Source: Amoebophrya sp. A120 (taxonomy: Eukaryota > Protista > Dinoflagellata). Taken from it: a DNA stretch of 64,000 bases. A program made the position numbers and the translations under genes. Numbering within the stretch: position 1 is the stretch's first letter; every line of letters starts with the position of its first letter. Below the pieces are notes generated by a model, which made no database searches, was not told where the DNA came from, and saw nothing but the letters and a program-made list of their open reading frames with translations. This document shows positions 60,297-64,000 of this stretch, one piece after another. The DNA lies in assembly GCA_905178155.1 (NCBI GenBank), contig CAJINV010000005.1:6125207-6189206 (forward strand), given 5' to 3'.

Positions 60297-63200
60297 CTAC
60301 ACTTCTCGCACCCAGGGCGCGAGCTTCTCGATTAGCGCGGCGCTCACCGCTGATCGGAGTTTTTCCGGTTCGTATGGTGTTGCTTCTTGTTTTTCGGTCA
60401 CCGGGTGGCACTGTATGGCGGATCGCACACCACTTGGTAGCACGCCCGGGTAGATGTCACCTACCTCTTTGTAGAAATTGAGAAATTGCGGCACACTGCT
60501 GGGCTTTTTGATCAGATAAATTCGATAGCTTAGCTGTTTGATTCTCGGCTGACTGAGGTACTTAGTGCGGATCTGTGGGATTTCCGCTGCTTGGCAGTCG
60601 AATAGCAGATGGTCAGTGGTCGGAGCTGTCCTTCTCTTGCAGAGGGGACACACCATCACCACCCCACCCTCAGCTTCTTTGTCATGCAAGATCTTGCCCA
60701 TGCCTAAACGCCCTTTATGTGTTGTTCCCACCCATAGCGGGAAGATTATACTATTGACGAAATTCGGCCACCCTTCGTTACTCTGGTAGGGTCCGATTTG
60801 TCTTGCTCTCTCTAGTAAGTAGGGGTGTGCAGAGGATCCTGCGTCATACTTGTTCAAGATTTTCTCTTCTAGTAGCCTGCGAAGCAAATTTGTAGTCAGC
60901 ACCTTCCTATACAACTCTCTACCCACCTCTTCCCCCCGCTGGTGATCAAGCCCCTGCGTCGCCATCTCGTCCGCCCAGTCGTTGTAGTAGTTGCCCAAGT
61001 GCGATCCTGTCCATGCAAATTCGAATGAGCATCCTGGACCGGATGCCGCTTCTAGTTTCTCTAGTTCTAGCACCACCATTATTATCATGGGGTTGCTACG
61101 GTCTCTGTATGCTTTCAGGGCCATTAGCAGCCCATTGCTATCTATGTAGAACTTATGCTTCTTGATTCTTCGAAGGGTGGTAGGATCGACCTTTTTGATC
61201 AACTCGCGAATGTGATGGATAAGACCAAAGCACTCGCCATCAAAAGAGTCAGGATCCGCTTCTGGGATCTCTGACACAATGCCACAACAGCTCACCACCA
61301 GGGGAGCGGGGGACTCCTCCTGGAACTTGCATCCCGACCAGGAGGCACCGCCCCCGCTGCCCGTGTCTCCTTTTGCCCCTCCGTCTGTGCACGATACCAT
61401 TATTGTTGGATCTGCGATGGCCCGCTGGATCTCGGCCTCTGTGATCTGGGAGATCAGCAGCCTGCACTTGTCCTTCAGCTTGTGGTCGTCTCCGCATGCT
61501 GCTGGGTCCGGGGCCCCGAAATCCGCCGCCACCGTGCTCATGTCGCGCACACTAATCTTGTCCACACCGCGCCAATACTTCCTACCGATGCTGAGCACTA
61601 CTGCTGCCTCCGCTAGTTCCTTAAAGTCGTCGCTCAATGCAATACGGTTCATCCTGTCAGACCAGGCCTCTGTGCACGGGGCCCACAACGGGTTGACAAA
61701 CTGCGCGGCTCCGACTGCTTCTTCCGGATCTCCTTGTGCGTGGATGTTCGCTGACGAGGGAAACTCGTCGGCCTCAACATCTTCATCAACTTCTGCTGTA
61801 TCCGGGATGCCGGCGGCGCGTGGAGGAGAGGGAGGACGCGCGACACTACTGCTACTGCTACTATTGCTGCCTACTGCTGCTGAGGTTGCGTCTACCGGGG
61901 GCGCCGGAGGATGAGGACGGAGCGCCGGCGCCCTGACACTATCTGACTCATTACTGCCGGATCTATCTGCAGCTGGTGGTGCGGAGGGGTGGTGGGAGCT
62001 GCTACTGCTGCTTGACATACCGGCCTGCGGCAGGGAGGACAGGAGAAAGGAACTACTACTGCTACTGCTGCTTACTTGTGGCGCGGGAGGACATTTACTA
62101 CTGCTACTGCTGCTGGGGGCGCTTTCGCCGACTGCGATGTCATACCGCGGCGGGGTGGGGAGAAATACAGCGCTACTACTGTTACTGCTGCTACTGCTGC
62201 ACAGCGGCGCCGGCGTGGGAGGAAGAGGGCCGGCGGCTGCGACAAGCCCGACGGCCGGCCGGAAGCTCGGGATGTTGTCACTGCTGAGGTGGAGGCTCCA
62301 TAGCTGCTGCGCCGCGCCCTTGAAGAACACCATCAACGCGTCCACCAGCATGTAGTCGATGGGGGGGGCGAGGCCGGTAGTGTGGAAAAGGACGGCATTA
62401 CTAGTATTCTTCGGGAGGTCGAGGCGTTGCTTGATTTTACTACTGAAGGCCGCGCTGATTTCTTTCTTGGCCGCGAGCGTGAAGAAGGGAAAAGTCACCA
62501 CCGAGATGGAGGTGACTGCTGGATAGGCGAAGGCGTTCATCAACATTATCAGCTGCTTTACTCCCCACCCCTTCTCCGTCTGTAGGAAATCGAACTCCTT
62601 GCCGACCTTGCGCAGCACCTCCTTCGCGTGAGCCCTGAAATTCATAGTGCCATCATAGATAACCCCGAGGCTCTTGCCTGTGCCTGTTGCTGATGCTGTG
62701 CATGGCTTTGTTGCGTCATACATAATTCTGGAATGTTTCGCTGCATCAAAAAATATCTTTTTCTGCAAACCCTTCTCTTTCATGACGCCGGGCACCTTGT
62801 CTGCCCCGGGGGATTCGTCTACTACAACTGTAATATCATCCGAATACGCACTGAGTACTTTCACAGCCTCTATCTCTAGCACGTCCAAGATCAATGCAAT
62901 TGCATACCCATTCCATACTGACCCTGAGAGTGGCGAGCCTTGCGGCTTGCCCACCCAGAGGCAGTATGCCCGCCCTCCTGGTAACTTTATCTTTCGCATT
63001 TTGAGAAATCCGGCAACCGCAGCAACTTGTTGCTCGGGGCAGAGTCTCAGGCGAAGCTGCCCCAAAGTCTCAACGTGGCACACTATATCGAACCCACTAC
63101 AGCAATCGTTGAGAACTACGGAGCACTTGACATGCCTATAAATTCCATTAATCACAACTGCAGCGCTGAACTCTTTTCCATGCGCTTGCCTGTATGCGTT

Positions 63201-64000
63201 TGAAAATGGTGGCTGGACGCTAGGCCCCTTGCCATGGTATTCAGTTCCTGTCCATTTGTGTCCCTCAAGGAACAATGACTGACGTCTGTCCAGTATGTTG
63301 TCCAACAATTTCGAGAAAACGCTACACAAGCTAACTGGCCTCATCAACATCTCCAAAAAACATCCTCCCTCCACCTTCGGAACGGCTGCCATGGATATCA
63401 GTCGGCCTACCTTCGGGTAGCATCCGTATTCGACAAAGGAGGCAAGGCACTGGAAAAGCGCCCACCGCATCATCGGGCCGCAGTTCATGACCAGCTCGTG
63501 GGTCGTCATACAGAAGCCCGGCGCTCTCCCCTTCTCCAGTTTACGTATCGCGGCCTCCAGCTCCTGGAACTTCAGCGGCCAAACAACTCCGCCGTCAGTC
63601 ACGCTTCGTTTGCGGAGGTAGTCCCGTTCCGCGTCGCGCCACGCCGCCCCCACCTCGTCTTTGCTTGCCATCGCCACTCCAAATTCTTCGTAGACTTTGT
63701 AGGGCTTCTCGCGGAAGAAGGAGCGGATGACCCTGCACACTTCCGCGGGTGTGCGTGCCGCTTCGGCCTCCGTCGGGATGTCCTTCACCTTCTTGGCCTT
63801 CAGGAGTTTGTTGGCCTCGGACAGGGAGCGCACTGCTATGCCGGTGGTCCTCTCTAGGTAGGCGATCCGCGTAGCCTCATCGTTCTTGACCATAAGAGTC
63901 GGAAAGCCGGTCGACCACCGCGCTTTGCCTTTCCGCTCCTTCATCGCGGTCCAGTCAATCTCCTTGCGAGCGGCGGTGTCTACGTTGTCGCTTGGCAGTT
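60297..64000 (-). mobile_element. Non-LTR retrotransposon (LINE) pol-like ORF: reverse transcriptase, Ser/Pro-rich spacer, RNase H and C-terminal CCHC; 5' part outside window
   Basis: 1215-aa ORF with RT motifs APG..MT, RPVSL, GFD, GKPQGSPLS and YSDD, RNase H motifs TDGG, E, IDS, WTGSH.G...N..AD..A, and CPLC...TTDHLLFDC. Confidence 0.92.

Noticed and set aside
1-64000. tRNA, rRNA, snRNA or spliced-leader genes
   Set aside because: None recognised by eye; a covariance-model search would be needed to exclude them.

Overview
This is eukaryotic (alveolate-like) genomic DNA; the intron style resembles the non-canonical 'introners' described in the parasitic dinoflagellate Amoebophrya, but that is an inference. 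Two giant minus-strand genes for cysteine-rich repeat surface proteins dominate the window. Gene 1 spans about 23558->5122 with its 3' end unresolved. Gene 2 spans 58528->25973, starts outside the window, and ends in a TM helix plus a Lys/Asp- and Gly-rich tail. These two genes and two short paralogous low-complexity genes at 443-3960 are interrupted by about 100 MITE-like elements, mostly 140-340 bp, in about 11 families. Nearly all have 5'-TAT...ATA-3' terminal inverted repeats, a 5-bp target-site duplication (TSD) and a shared internal GCATNACAA motif. At the junctions I translated by hand, removing the element plus one TSD copy restores the reading frame without GT-AG signals, in either element orientation and down to a net 1-nt exon; one degenerate copy (5767-5959) did not fit. 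Several introners carry nested retroelement fragments or larger TIR (MULE-like) elements. Putative canonical GT-AG introns occur at one conserved phase-1 position. A non-LTR retrotransposon ORF (RT-RNase H-CCHC) occupies 60297-64000. All coordinates were read by eye and may be off by a few bases.
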